44,712 nucleotides of DNA from Oscillospiraceae bacterium (GCA_031255955.1 JAIRRO010000117.1:1-44712); one strand, 5' to 3'. Positions 9,733-18,815 are shown, counted from the stretch's first letter. The notes: generated from the sequence alone by a model not told the origin. Program-made: numbers and translations.

Positions 9733-12024
9733 TCAATCAAACGGGTCAATGTCCGCGTGTACGGACACGCCCCTGTTTTTACCGTCCCTCGAGAACTCGC
9801 GCACCGTGTGCGCCACGACCTCGCGCACGCGGCGCGACGCCTTGCACATCAGCGTAATTTTATACCGATAGCGATTATTTATCCGCATAACTGCCGCGGG
9901 CGCGGGTCCTAGCACCGCGACGTCGTTCTCATCCGATAAATAGCCGCGCAGGGAGTCGCGTATCTTGACGCAGCCTGCCAGCACGCTTTCTTCCTTTGCT
10001 CCGGAGGCTGTGATGGCAAGTAAATCCCGAGACGGCGGCGCGCCCGACGCCGTGCGGCGCGCAATCTCGCGCTCAAAAAACTCGTCATAATCCTGCCGCG
10101 CCGCAAGTCTTATCACCTCGTGCCCGGGCGTCATCGTTTGAATCACCGCCCTGCCCGCAAGCTCGCCGCGTCCGGCGCGTCCTATCACCTGCGTTATGAG
10201 CGAAAATGTTCGCTCATGCGCCCTATAATCGCTTACGAACAGCGATAAATCCGCGAATACGACTCCGGCAAGCGTCACGCCCTCAAAATGCAGTCCCTTT
10301 GCCACCATTTGCGTCCCCAGCAGGATGGAGCCGCGCCCGGCGCGAAATTCGCCCAGCAGCTTTGTATGCGGGTTCGCCGCCGAAACCGTGTCCGCATCCA
10401 TCCTTATTATTCGCGCCTCCGGGAGCTTCGCGCGAAGCTCCTCCTCCACCTTTTGCGTACCGGCGCCGACGAATTTCAGCCGTCCTCCGCACTCCGGGCA
10501 GGCGGACGCCTCCGACTGCGAATATCCGCAGTAATGGCACATCAGCCGTCCGTTTGCCGTGTGGTGGGTCATCGATACATCGCAGTTTGGGCAGGAAAAG
10601 GTGTAGCCGCACTCCCCGCACGATACGATATGCGACGCCCCGCGTCTATTGAGAAACAGTATGCTCTGCTCCCCGTGCGAGACGTTCTCCCGCAGCTCGT
10701 TTTCCAAAACGCGCCCTATCGAATCGGCGCTGCCCGCCTTCAGCTCCTCCTTCATATCGGCGATAAGCACATCCGGCAGCGGGCGCGTGTTGAATCGCTC
10801 TCCCAACCGCACCAACGTATAAGCGCCGCCGCGAGCCTTTGACATACTCTCTACAGAAGGCGTCGCCGAGCCCAATACAAGCAGCGCCTTATGCCGCGCG
10901 CAACGATATTTCGCCACCTCGCGCGCGTGATAGCGCGGCGACTGCTCTGATTTATATGAATGCTCCTGCTCCTCGTCGATGATGATAAGCCCGATATTCT
11001 CCAGCGGCGCGAAAATCGCCGAGCGCGTTCCGATTACGACGCTCACCGCGCCGCTTTTAATGCGCTTCCATTCGTCGTACCTCTCGCCGGAGCCGAGCGA
11101 GGAATGCAGCACGGCGACATTATCGCCGAAACGCGAAACAAATATGCTCATAAGCTGCGGCGTCAACGCGATTTCCGGCACCAGCACGATGGATGCTTCT
11201 CCGCGTGAAATCGCCGCCTCTATCAGCTTTATGTAAACCGCCGTCTTGCCGCTGCCCGTCACGCCGTATAGCAGCGCCGCCGCCGCGTCAGTGCGTTCCA
11301 GTTCCGCGCGGAGCTTTTCATATGCCGCTGTTTGCTCCCGTGTTAACACTATTTCGTCCGGCGGTATTATATCCACAGCGGGACGCCTGAACAGCTCCCG
11401 CTGCTCCACGCGAATCGCGCCCAAGCGCGTGAGCGCCTTGAAAACGCCGGACGCCGCGCCTGTTCTATACATCAGCTCGCTCTGCGAAAGCTCGCCCTCG
11501 TCGGCAAGCAGATTCAAAACCGCCGCCTGTGACGGCGCGCGCGCGCGACCGGCGGCGAGGCTGCGCGCCTCCTCCGGCGGTATCTCCAGCAGAATTGTTT
11601 TCACCGTCTTGTCCCGCTTGGGCGATTTGCCGTCGCGGAACCACAGCCCCGCGGGCAGCATCGCCCGCAGCGCCTCGAAAACCGTACAGAAAAACTGTCC
11701 GCTCATCCACAGCGCCAGCTTTAGCTGTTCTTCCCCAAGCAGCGGTGCGGCGGCGCCGTCCCCGTCTAAATCCAGCACGGCTTCTATGGGCTTCAAATTT
11801 CGCTCCGGCTCGCGCTTTTCGATTGACAGCACTATGCCCTCGCTTGATTTATTGCCGCGCCCGAACGGCACGACAACGCGCACACCCGGCACAGCCGTAG
11901 CGGCAATGCTTTCCGGCACGCGATAGCTGTACGGTTTGTCTATTGGATATTTAGCCGCGCTGACGGCTACAGCCGCGACAAGTGAAGCCTTGTCCGCGAC
12001 TTCGGAAGCAGCTTTTTCCGGCAA
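9733..12024 (-). CDS. priA: Primosomal replication restart helicase PriA
   Basis: 763 aa with Walker A GVTGSGKT, DEEH box (IIDEEQEHSYK) and the Cys-rich zinc region CGECGYTFSCPNCDVSMTHH...CHYCG...CPECG. Confidence 0.92.
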   Translation of the reverse strand: MPEKAASEVADKASLVAAVAVSAAKYPIDKPYSYRVPESIAATAVPGVRVVVPFGRGNKSSEGIVLSIEKREPERNLKPIEAVLDLDGDGAAAPLLGEEQLKLALWMSGQFFCTVFEALRAMLPAGLWFRDGKSPKRDKTVKTILLEIPPEEARSLAAGRARAPSQAAVLNLLADEGELSQSELMYRTGAASGVFKALTRLGAIRVEQRELFRRPAVDIIPPDEIVLTREQTAAYEKLRAELERTDAAAALLYGVTGSGKTAVYIKLIEAAISRGEASIVLVPEIALTPQLMSIFVSRFGDNVAVLHSSLGSGERYDEWKRIKSGAVSVVIGTRSAIFAPLENIGLIIIDEEQEHSYKSEQSPRYHAREVAKYRCARHKALLVLGSATPSVESMSKARGGAYTLVRLGERFNTRPLPDVLIADMKEELKAGSADSIGRVLENELRENVSHGEQSILFLNRRGASHIVSCGECGYTFSCPNCDVSMTHHTANGRLMCHYCGYSQSEASACPECGGRLKFVGAGTQKVEEELRAKLPEARIIRMDADTVSAANPHTKLLGEFRAGRGSILLGTQMVAKGLHFEGVTLAGVVFADLSLFVSDYRAHERTFSLITQVIGRAGRGELAGRAVIQTMTPGHEVIRLAARQDYDEFFEREIARRTASGAPPSRDLLAITASGAKEESVLAGCVKIRDSLRGYLSDENDVAVLGPAPAAVMRINNRYRYKITLMCKASRRVREVVAHTVREFSRDGKNRGVSVHADIDPFD

Positions 12025-12027
12025 GGG

Positions 12028-12225
12028 TCAACTGTCCGCCCGCGCGCGGATGGCTCCGGACGCAACCTCGTCAATGGCGTGCGACACCGGCTTTTTCTCC
12101 AGCGGCTCACCGCGCCGCTCACTGGCGGCGGATAGCTCCCGCGCGCGCTTCGCCACCACGTTGACAAGTAAATACCTGCTGTTTACATGCTCCAGCATCT
12201 CCGATAAGGATGGGTACAGCATCAT
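12028..12225 (-). CDS. rpoZ: DNA-directed RNA polymerase subunit omega
   Basis: 65 aa; NSRYLLVNVVAKRAREL is the RpoZ signature. It lies immediately upstream of priA. Confidence 0.85.
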   Translation of the reverse strand: MMLYPSLSEMLEHVNSRYLLVNVVAKRARELSAASERRGEPLEKKPVSHAIDEVASGAIRARADS

Positions 12226-12303
12226 AGTTTTTGTTCCTCCTGTTTTTTGATTTCAATTTATTCAGGGCGTTTCCGATTTTCGCTATTTGCTATTCGTTAT
12301 TTG

Positions 12304-12561
12304 CTATTCTTCTGGGACGTCCTCCGATTCGCTTTTTAATCTGCCCGCTATGGTTTCCGGCTGTATCGCCGACAGAATCACGTGTCCGCTGTCAGCGATT
12401 ATCACAGAGCGCGTGCGTCTGCCGTATGTCGCGTCAATCAGTCTGCCGCGCTCGCGTGATTCGACGATGAGGCGCTTAATTGGCGCTGTGTCCGGGCTTA
12501 CCATCGCTATTGTCCTGTTCGCCGCTATCATATTGCCGAATCCGATGTTTATCAGTTTCAT
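12304..12561 (-). CDS. remA: RemA/YlzA (DUF370) extracellular-matrix regulatory DNA-binding protein
   Basis: Contains [32 protein letters not shown]...[18 protein letters not shown] place the start at the internal ATG (12561), which gives the usual ~86 aa, rather than at the track start (12612). Confidence 0.85.
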   Translation of the reverse strand: MKLINIGFGNMIAANRTIAMVSPDTAPIKRLIVESRERGRLIDATYGRRTRSVIIADSGHVILSAIQPETIAGRLKSESEDVPEE

Positions 12562-12620
12562 TTTCGCGCCTGTCCCTTCTTTCGTTGTCCCGTTCGCCGG
12601 GCTGTCCCGCAATCACGCGT

Positions 12621-13523
12621 TTACTCGATGTTTTGCGCTTGTTCGCGCAGCTTTTCCAGCTCTGATTTCAGCTCTATGACGATGCGCGTCGTCTCTCCGT
12701 CGTTCGCTTTTGAGCCTATCGTGTTCACCTCGCGATTCATCTCTTGAATGATGAAATCCAGCTTGCGTCCCACCGGTTCATTAAAGCCCAGCGTGTCGCG
12801 CATTTCAGTGATGTGGCTGCGCAGACGCACGGTTTCTTCGTCCGTCGCCGTCTTGTCCGCGAAAATCGCAATCTCTGTGAGCAGCCGCGCCTCGTCCGGC
12901 TGTCTGCCGTCCAGCGCTTCCTCAAGCTTCGCGCGCAGCCGCGCTGTATACGCCGCCGTTATCTCCGGCGCGCGGCGCTCCACCTGCTCAGCTAAGCGGG
13001 AGACATCGTCCAGCTTTGAGGAAAGATCCCGCAGCAGCCGCTCGCCCTCGCGGACGCGCATATCGTCAAATGCCGCCAGCGCAAGCTCCGTCGCCTTGGT
13101 TATCGCGGCTTGAAGCTCCTCGCTGTCCGTTTCGTCCGCCGCGGAGGACAGCACATCCGGCAGCCGCAGCAGCTCCGCCGCCGAAATGTCCCCCGTCAGA
13201 GCATCGGCGCTAATTCCGCTTTGCTCTATCCCGCGCTTTAGCTCAAGTATCGCCGCCATATACGCGGTCGCCGCCTCGATATTCACCCTTGGAATCGCCG
13301 ACGCGGATTTCGTTGTGTCTATCGTCACGAACACATCCGTTTTCCCGCGTGACACGCGGCTTTGCACTTTCCGCTTCAGCTCCTCCTCCATTGATATATA
13401 CGCGCGCGGTATGCGGAGGTTGAAATCGAAATATCGGCTGTTGACGCCCTTCATCTCGACGCGCACCTCGGCTCCGCCGTGATCGGCGGCTCCCGCGCCG
13501 TAGCCTGTCATACTGCGAAGCAC
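12621..13523 (-). CDS. yicC: YicC/YloC family endoribonuclease
   Basis: Starts MLRSMTGYG; the C-terminus has DFIIQEMNREVNTIGSKAND, typical of the YicC family. Confidence 0.85.
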   Translation of the reverse strand: MLRSMTGYGAGAADHGGAEVRVEMKGVNSRYFDFNLRIPRAYISMEEELKRKVQSRVSRGKTDVFVTIDTTKSASAIPRVNIEAATAYMAAILELKRGIEQSGISADALTGDISAAELLRLPDVLSSAADETDSEELQAAITKATELALAAFDDMRVREGERLLRDLSSKLDDVSRLAEQVERRAPEITAAYTARLRAKLEEALDGRQPDEARLLTEIAIFADKTATDEETVRLRSHITEMRDTLGFNEPVGRKLDFIIQEMNREVNTIGSKANDGETTRIVIELKSELEKLREQAQNIE

Positions 13524-13551
13524 TCTGCTTCCTCCCTTCCGCCGCGCCGCT

Positions 13552-14055
13552 TCACGTCCGTCTCCCGCGTGACGAGCGTGAGAGGCGCGCTTTGTAAAAC
13601 GCGAGCAGCTTTGAGTATCCGACGTCGTAAACGATGAATATCACCAGTCCCGCCGCCGCAGCTATCAATATACCCCAACCCGAGGCTTCGGTCAAGAGCG
13701 GAATATTCAAAAGCTCAAATCCAAGGAGTCTTGCCCCCGCGAAAATCACCGCTTCTCCGATTATAAATCCCGCGGCTTTAATCCCCCACGCGACGAAGCG
13801 CCGTTCGGATTTTTCCGCCGCGAGCTTTATTACGGGATAATACCCGAAAAACAAGGTGAATAGCCATCCCGCCGCGCCGCCCGGCGTCAACAGCAGCGCG
13901 AGAGCCGAGGAGGCTGCCCACACGCCGAGTCCCCACGCCGCGCCGTGTTCAATCACCGCCGCCGCCGTGAACAGCGAGGCTATCGCCGCAAACGCCAGCT
14001 GTCCCGTCGAAAGCACGCGCGAGAGCGCGAGCACGGCGACGGCACACGCCGCCAT
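13552..14055 (-). CDS. Hypothetical polytopic membrane protein
   Basis: Roughly 5 hydrophobic helices and no recognisable family. The start is set to the internal ATG (MAACAVAV...) to avoid overlapping the upstream J-domain ORF; the track start is 14145. Confidence 0.45.
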   Translation of the reverse strand: MAACAVAVLALSRVLSTGQLAFAAIASLFTAAAVIEHGAAWGLGVWAASSALALLLTPGGAAGWLFTLFFGYYPVIKLAAEKSERRFVAWGIKAAGFIIGEAVIFAGARLLGFELLNIPLLTEASGWGILIAAAAGLVIFIVYDVGYSKLLAFYKARLSRSSRGRRT

Positions 14056-14083
14056 AGTCCCGGAAAAGCCAATCCGTCGCCCG

Positions 14084-14692
14084 TTATCCACAGCGGCAGC
14101 ACAAATCCGCGCACACCAGCGCTGTGCAAATATCACAGGCATCACAGTCTCTGCCCGGTCGCATACCCCCCGTACCCCCGAATCCCGGGGCGCGGTACGG
14201 CGCTCCGGCGCCGCTCATATGCATAACCGCCTCGCGATACTCCGGATTCCCCGGCTCCATTGACGCCGCCGTTTGATAATTGCGCATCGCCTCATCAAGC
14301 CAGCCCATGCGATAATACAGACTCCCCACGAGAAAATGCCACTCCGCGCCGCGGCTTTCCGCCTCGTTAAGCAGCTGCCGCGCGTATTCCAGATCCCCGT
14401 TTGCTATCGCCGTCCGCACAGCCGCAAATTCGCCGGAAAAGCCCCCGCCGGTGTATGAGGATCGCGCGCCGCCGGACGACGACGAGCTGCCGTAGGAGGA
14501 CGCCGTCCCCTTTGTAATGGCGTCATAGGCTTCGTTTATCTGCTTCATTTTCTCGGACGCGAGGTCGGCAAGCGGATTGTCGTGATAGTTGTCCGGATGA
14601 TATTTCCGCGCAAGCTCACGGTATGCCCGCTTTACCTCCTCCTCCGGCGCGCCGTATTTAACACCGAGTATCGCGTATGGGTCGTTCTTAGC
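14084..14692 (-). CDS. J-domain (DnaJ-like) protein with TPR-like middle region and Cys-rich C-terminus; canonical start codon not found
   Basis: In-frame extension of track ORF 14084..14548 reads [36 protein letters not shown]...[12 protein letters not shown], a J-domain with HPD. The C-terminus is [20 protein letters not shown]. The open frame begins right after a TAA at 14693-14695, with no ATG/GTG/TTG before 14548. Confidence 0.6.
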   Translation of the reverse strand, partial: AKNDPYAILGVKYGAPEEEVKRAYRELARKYHPDNYHDNPLADLASEKMKQINEAYDAITKGTASSYGSSSSSGGARSSYTGGGFSGEFAAVRTAIANGDLEYARQLLNEAESRGAEWHFLVGSLYYRMGWLDEAMRNYQTAASMEPGNPEYREAVMHMSGAGAPYRAPGFGGTGGMRPGRDCDACDICTALVCADLCCRCG

Positions 14693-14713
14693 TTATGTCT
14701 GTTCCTTTCAGAA

Positions 14714-14747
14714 TTCACCGTTTTGTCCGTGTTCACCGTTTTGCCGG
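14714..14747. repeat. Two direct copies of TTCACCGTTTTG(y)CCG with 18-nt period
   Basis: Copies at 14714-14729 and 14732-14747 share an identical 12-nt core. They lie in the 70-nt gap between the DUF5685 stop and the J-domain ORF. Confidence 0.6.
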
Positions 14748-14761
14748 TATCTTCGAGTGCT

Positions 14762-15667
14762 TCATATCCCGTAATAGCCGCGCCGCCGCTTCCATTCCCC
14801 GGCGAACACGCGTTCCTGCACCGCGGGCAGCCCCAAGCACAAAATGTTTCGCAAAATATCGCTCCATTCGTTTTCGGGCAGCAGCTCAAAGGCGGAGATG
14901 GCGAGATTATTTGAGTGAGTCGCCGTGAGTTGCAGCCGCGCGTCGTCGTATGTCTCCCGTCCGTTCAGGATGTTCGGTCGGTGCTTTTTGAAGTCCTCCG
15001 GCAGGTCGTCCCGCGCATCTATTAAATACAGCCATCTGCCGATGTGATACAGCAGATTGCCGCGCGCACGCAGCACTCCGGCGTCATGCCCGGCTGCCGA
15101 TTCCCGCTCCGGTGCAGTCTCCGTTTCTCCCTGCCCGCCCGCCGCGGCAAGCAGGAGCGCGAACTTATCGGCGACGGCGTCAAGCGAAGCGCTCTGTGAC
15201 GCTTGATCGGCTTCCGCTTGGGATAGTCGGGAGAGCTTTTCACGCGCCTCGGCATCGAACATCGGGAATCGCCGCGCCGCTCGATTATATGCCGGGGTGA
15301 GCGCCAGCATAGCCACCCGCGCCGCCGTCGCGCGGAGCGCACCCTCGTCCGCCACATCGTCGCGCAGCTTGTGATACGCTAAAATAAGTCCGTATCCGGC
15401 AGCCGTCTCCGTCGCCGCGTTTACATTGACACAGCAGCGCTTTTTCTTCAGACTGACGGGGCAGCGGCGCTTTTCGACGCGCACAGCCTCTCCGGGCTGC
15501 CACAGCAGCGCCGCGAGAAAAACGAAATCATAGCTCAGCACACACCGCGCGGTTATTCCGCCCAGCCTGCCGAGCGCATGGCATATCCCGCAGTAAAGCG
15601 CGCGGAACACCTCCAGCTCACGGACACGCAGCTCCGGCGCATATGGTCTGACGTAGCCGAACATCAA
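14762..15667 (-). CDS. Conserved hypothetical protein (DUF5685-like, from memory)
   Basis: The N-terminus MFGYVRPYAPELRVRELEVFRALYCGICHAL matches a family I recall as DUF5685. The start overlaps the cdaR stop. Confidence 0.55.
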   Translation of the reverse strand: MMFGYVRPYAPELRVRELEVFRALYCGICHALGRLGGITARCVLSYDFVFLAALLWQPGEAVRVEKRRCPVSLKKKRCCVNVNAATETAAGYGLILAYHKLRDDVADEGALRATAARVAMLALTPAYNRAARRFPMFDAEAREKLSRLSQAEADQASQSASLDAVADKFALLLAAAGGQGETETAPERESAAGHDAGVLRARGNLLYHIGRWLYLIDARDDLPEDFKKHRPNILNGRETYDDARLQLTATHSNNLAISAFELLPENEWSDILRNILCLGLPAVQERVFAGEWKRRRGYYGI

Positions 15668-16968
15668 TCTGTGGGGCGCGGGGTCACGGTTCGCGATTCC
15701 GCGTCCCGCTCGACGCGAACCGTCAGCTTGTAATCCCCGATGGGTCCGCAGCCGTCAAAGCTTCCGTCGAGATACACCCTTGCCGGAACCGTAAATGTGC
15801 CGATTGTATCCCCGTATTCCGCAAGGTCGGCGACTATTCTGACGCTCTCCGCCGTCACCGCTTCTATCGCCCCGGCGGCGCCGCGCACCGTTGTATCGAC
15901 GCTTTGCGTGACAAGCTGAGCCGTATAGCCCGGCGTCTCGTTGATTATTTGAAGATTTGCCCCCGTCGCGGTGACGCGCTTCGTTTCAAGCCCCGTGATT
16001 GAGATGGTAACCTCCGCTTCCGTCGCGCCTGTCAGGTTGTTTATGCCGTTGGGAAGCAGTATAGGATACGTCGCGCTGTGGAAGGACTCGAATTTTGTCA
16101 GATCGATGGTGGCAAGCGTCAGGCTGTTCATTCCCGCCAGCTCCGCGTCTCCGGAGAGCGACAGCGAGCCGGGGCTTATCGAAATTACGGTGTTCTCCGT
16201 CGTTGCGCCGGAGGCATAAATCGCGTTCACCGTGAGCGTTACTTCCTTCACCATCAAAATGGGTATCGTGACGGTCACCGTGTCCCTGTCAAATGTCAGC
16301 TTGTCGCTTTCCATCTCTATGCCGTCGGCGTCCACGGGTGTGAAGGTCATCTCTGTCGTGAGCGTCCGGCTTTGATTTTCGCGTTGAATCAAGACGCGGG
16401 CGGCGGCGATACGCTCAACCTCTGTCCGCGGACCGTATACCATGACGGTTTCCGGATTAAATACGGCGGGCTCTGCAAGATAGCCCTCCGCGGCAATATC
16501 CCCGTCGATCTTTGCCGTCAGCGGCACGGGCTTGGACACGGCGTTTTCCACGCGCAGCGATATGAACGCGGCGGAGCGCGATGTAATCGTAAGTCCTTTT
16601 TCGTCAATACCCGCGGCGAATGTGACGGAGTACCCCAGCGTATTTTGCCCCGGAGAGGTGATGTCGGCGAGATTCGCCGTGACGCGCACCGCCCCCGGAT
16701 CGTACAGCTTGGAAATTTCGCCGCGTTTGCCGGAGAAATACAGCGTTATGCCGTCCGTCGCCGCGTCTGTGACAACAAGCCTTCTGTCGGTTAAAACCTC
16801 CGGATTGATAAATTCCACCGGAATATGTACTCCGCGGCTTTCTATATCCTCGTTGACGACGCGCTCGACAAACACCCACAGCGCGATGGACGCAAGTATA
16901 GAGAACACGACATAAAACGCGCGGCTCTCAAATATTTTATTTATCTTTTTCCGGAGCGTTGCAAGCAT
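15664..16968 (-). CDS. cdaR: YbbR-domain protein CdaR (diadenylate cyclase regulator)
   Basis: N-terminal TM helix followed by repeated YbbR-like beta domains. It lies immediately downstream of cdaA. Confidence 0.8.
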   Translation of the reverse strand: MLATLRKKINKIFESRAFYVVFSILASIALWVFVERVVNEDIESRGVHIPVEFINPEVLTDRRLVVTDAATDGITLYFSGKRGEISKLYDPGAVRVTANLADITSPGQNTLGYSVTFAAGIDEKGLTITSRSAAFISLRVENAVSKPVPLTAKIDGDIAAEGYLAEPAVFNPETVMVYGPRTEVERIAAARVLIQRENQSRTLTTEMTFTPVDADGIEMESDKLTFDRDTVTVTIPILMVKEVTLTVNAIYASGATTENTVISISPGSLSLSGDAELAGMNSLTLATIDLTKFESFHSATYPILLPNGINNLTGATEAEVTISITGLETKRVTATGANLQIINETPGYTAQLVTQSVDTTVRGAAGAIEAVTAESVRIVADLAEYGDTIGTFTVPARVYLDGSFDGCGPIGDYKLTVRVERDAESRTVTPRPTD

Positions 16969-17007
16969 TACTCAATAACCCTTCGTCATAGCTTTTTTAG
17001 TTGCTTT

Positions 17008-17904
17008 TCAGTTGTTTTTTGCGTCCTTCGTCTTTTTGGTATCGCTCGTTTTTTTGGTATCGCTCGTTTTTTTCCCGTCCTTTATCGGTTTGCGCTGCGA
17101 GCCGGAGGCTGATATCAGCTCGCCGCGCAGCAGCGCCGAAAACGTGTCGCGGGATAAATGGCGCTTAAGCATCCCCTCGACAGCCACGGATATCGCGCCC
17201 GTTTCCTCTGACACGATGACAACCACGGCGTCGCTGCGCTCGCTTATGCCTATGCCGGCCTTGTGGCGCATACCCAGCTCGCGCGACAGCGCGGGATTTG
17301 AGGACATCGGCATCATACATCCGGCGGCAAGAATTTTTCCGTCCCTTATTAACACCGCCCCGTCGTGCAGCGGTGTGTTCGGATAAAACAGCTGCTTAAT
17401 CAGCTCTGCCGATAAAACAGCCCCGACAGCGGTGCCTGTCGTCGCGTAGTCGCCCAGTCCGATTCCACGCTCGAATACGATAAGCGCGCCCGTTTTCGTC
17501 TTGGACATATCGGCGCAGGCGGACACAACCAGCTCAATGGCTTCCTCCGTCCCCGCGGACTGCGAGCGTCTGCCGGAAAAGAGCTTAAAATTGCTGCTGC
17601 CGAATTGCTCCAGCAGACGGCGCAACTCCGGCTGGAATAAAATCACGAGGATAATAACGCCCATCGCCATAGCCTGACCAAGCAGATAGTTCAGCACATC
17701 CAGCTTTAATACGCTTGAAAGTCCCAGCACCGCGACAAGCAGCACCACGCCCTTTACGACGCTCCCCGCGCTTGTTTTCCGCACGACGGAGAGTATTCTG
17801 TAGATGATGTAGGCTATTATGAGCATATCAAGAACATCCCCGACGCCTATCGTTCTGACATCGCTCCATATACGCAAAAGCGCCGATTCTATAACCTTCA
17901 ACAT
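17008..17904 (-). CDS. cdaA: Diadenylate cyclase CdaA
   Basis: Three N-terminal TM helices plus a DAC domain (GALIVFER, TPLHDGAVLI, GMRHKAGIGISERSDAVVVIVSEETG). The start is set at ATG 17904, preceded by GGGGGA; the track start is 17961. Confidence 0.9.
   Translation of the reverse strand: MLKVIESALLRIWSDVRTIGVGDVLDMLIIAYIIYRILSVVRKTSAGSVVKGVVLLVAVLGLSSVLKLDVLNYLLGQAMAMGVIILVILFQPELRRLLEQFGSSNFKLFSGRRSQSAGTEEAIELVVSACADMSKTKTGALIVFERGIGLGDYATTGTAVGAVLSAELIKQLFYPNTPLHDGAVLIRDGKILAAGCMMPMSSNPALSRELGMRHKAGIGISERSDAVVVIVSEETGAISVAVEGMLKRHLSRDTFSALLRGELISASGSQRKPIKDGKKTSDTKKTSDTKKTKDAKNN
17033..17068. repeat. Perfect 18-bp tandem duplication inside the cdaA 3' end
   Basis: tttttggtatcgctcgtt occurs twice (17033-17050, 17051-17068), encoding KKTSDT-KKTSDT in the Lys-rich CdaA tail. 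Confidence 0.85.
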
Positions 17905-17999
17905 CCGTCCCCCTTCGTCAGCCACCGGTCTTTCCCGCCGCGTGATGCCTAATGATAGCACATTTCACGCAGATTTTCAAGCTTTGGCGGGCGTTTAAG

Positions 18000-18028
18000 T
18001 TGTTAATTTTTCGCGAATATGATACAAT
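18000..18028 (+). promoter_or_regulatory. Candidate sigma-A promoter for hisA
   Basis: TTGTTA (18000-18005), 17-nt spacer, TACAAT (18023-18028), 35 nt upstream of the hisA ATG. Confidence 0.4.
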
Positions 18029-18062
18029 GCGTCATCAGACGATGAATTTATGAGGTGTATCT

Positions 18063-18779
18063 ATGCTGCTTCTCCCCGCGATTGACCTTTACGACGGGCG
18101 CGCCGTCCGCCTGACGCGCGGCGACTACGCGCAAATGACGGTGTATGACGACGACCCGACGGCGCGGGCGCGCGTCTTTTCAGCCTCCGGCGCGCACTGG
18201 CTGCACGTTGTCGATCTCGAGGGCGCGCGCGACGGAACAACGCCGAATTTCGACTGCATCGCCCGCCTTATCGCCACATCCGGGATGAGCGTTGAAATCG
18301 GCGGCGGGATTCGCGACGCGGACACGGCGCGGCGCTATATTGACGCGGGTGCGGCGCGCGTAATTCTCGGCACGGCGGCTGTCGCCTCTCCCGAGCTTGT
18401 GGCTCGCCTGACGGCGGAGCTCGGCGAAAAAATCGCCGTCGGCGTCGATTTGCGCGACGGACGCGTCGCCGTGAAGGGCTGGACGGAAACCACCGACCTC
18501 GCAGCACTTGATTTTTGCCTTGAGCTTGAAGCCCTCGGCGTTAAGACCGTAATTTGCACCGATATTTCAAAGGACGGGCTGCTATCCGGCGCAAACATCA
18601 AGCTGTACGGCTCGCTTTCGCAAAGGCTCACGCTGAGCCTTATTGCCTCCGGCGGCGTATCCTCTCTTGCTGACATAGCCGCGCTGCGCGATATCGGTTT
18701 ATACGGCGCGATTTTGGGCAAGGCGCTGTACGAGGGGCGCATTGACCTCGCGGAGGCGCTGAAAACGGCGCGCGCCTGA
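18063..18779 (+). CDS. hisA: ProFAR isomerase HisA
   Basis: Starts MLLLPAIDLYDGRAVRL and contains GGGIRD and SGGVSS phosphate-binding motifs. Confidence 0.92.
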   Translation: MLLLPAIDLYDGRAVRLTRGDYAQMTVYDDDPTARARVFSASGAHWLHVVDLEGARDGTTPNFDCIARLIATSGMSVEIGGGIRDADTARRYIDAGAARVILGTAAVASPELVARLTAELGEKIAVGVDLRDGRVAVKGWTETTDLAALDFCLELEALGVKTVICTDISKDGLLSGANIKLYGSLSQRLTLSLIASGGVSSLADIAALRDIGLYGAILGKALYEGRIDLAEALKTARA

Positions 18780-18815
18780 ATAAATCACATTAGCAAAGGA
18801 ACGTGACAAGCACAT

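Noticed and set aside
13552-14145. Full-length 197-aa version of the membrane-protein ORF.
   Set aside because: The first 30 codons overlap the 3' end of the J-domain ORF and encode a non-membrane, Arg/Cys-rich stretch. The internal ATG at 14055 gives a cleaner start. This is uncertain.
14714-17068. Checked whether the short tandem or direct repeats (14714-14747 and 17033-17068) could be a CRISPR array or minisatellite.
   Set aside because: Each has only two units. There are no spacers of CRISPR size and no cas genes, and one repeat is inside a coding region and keeps the frame.
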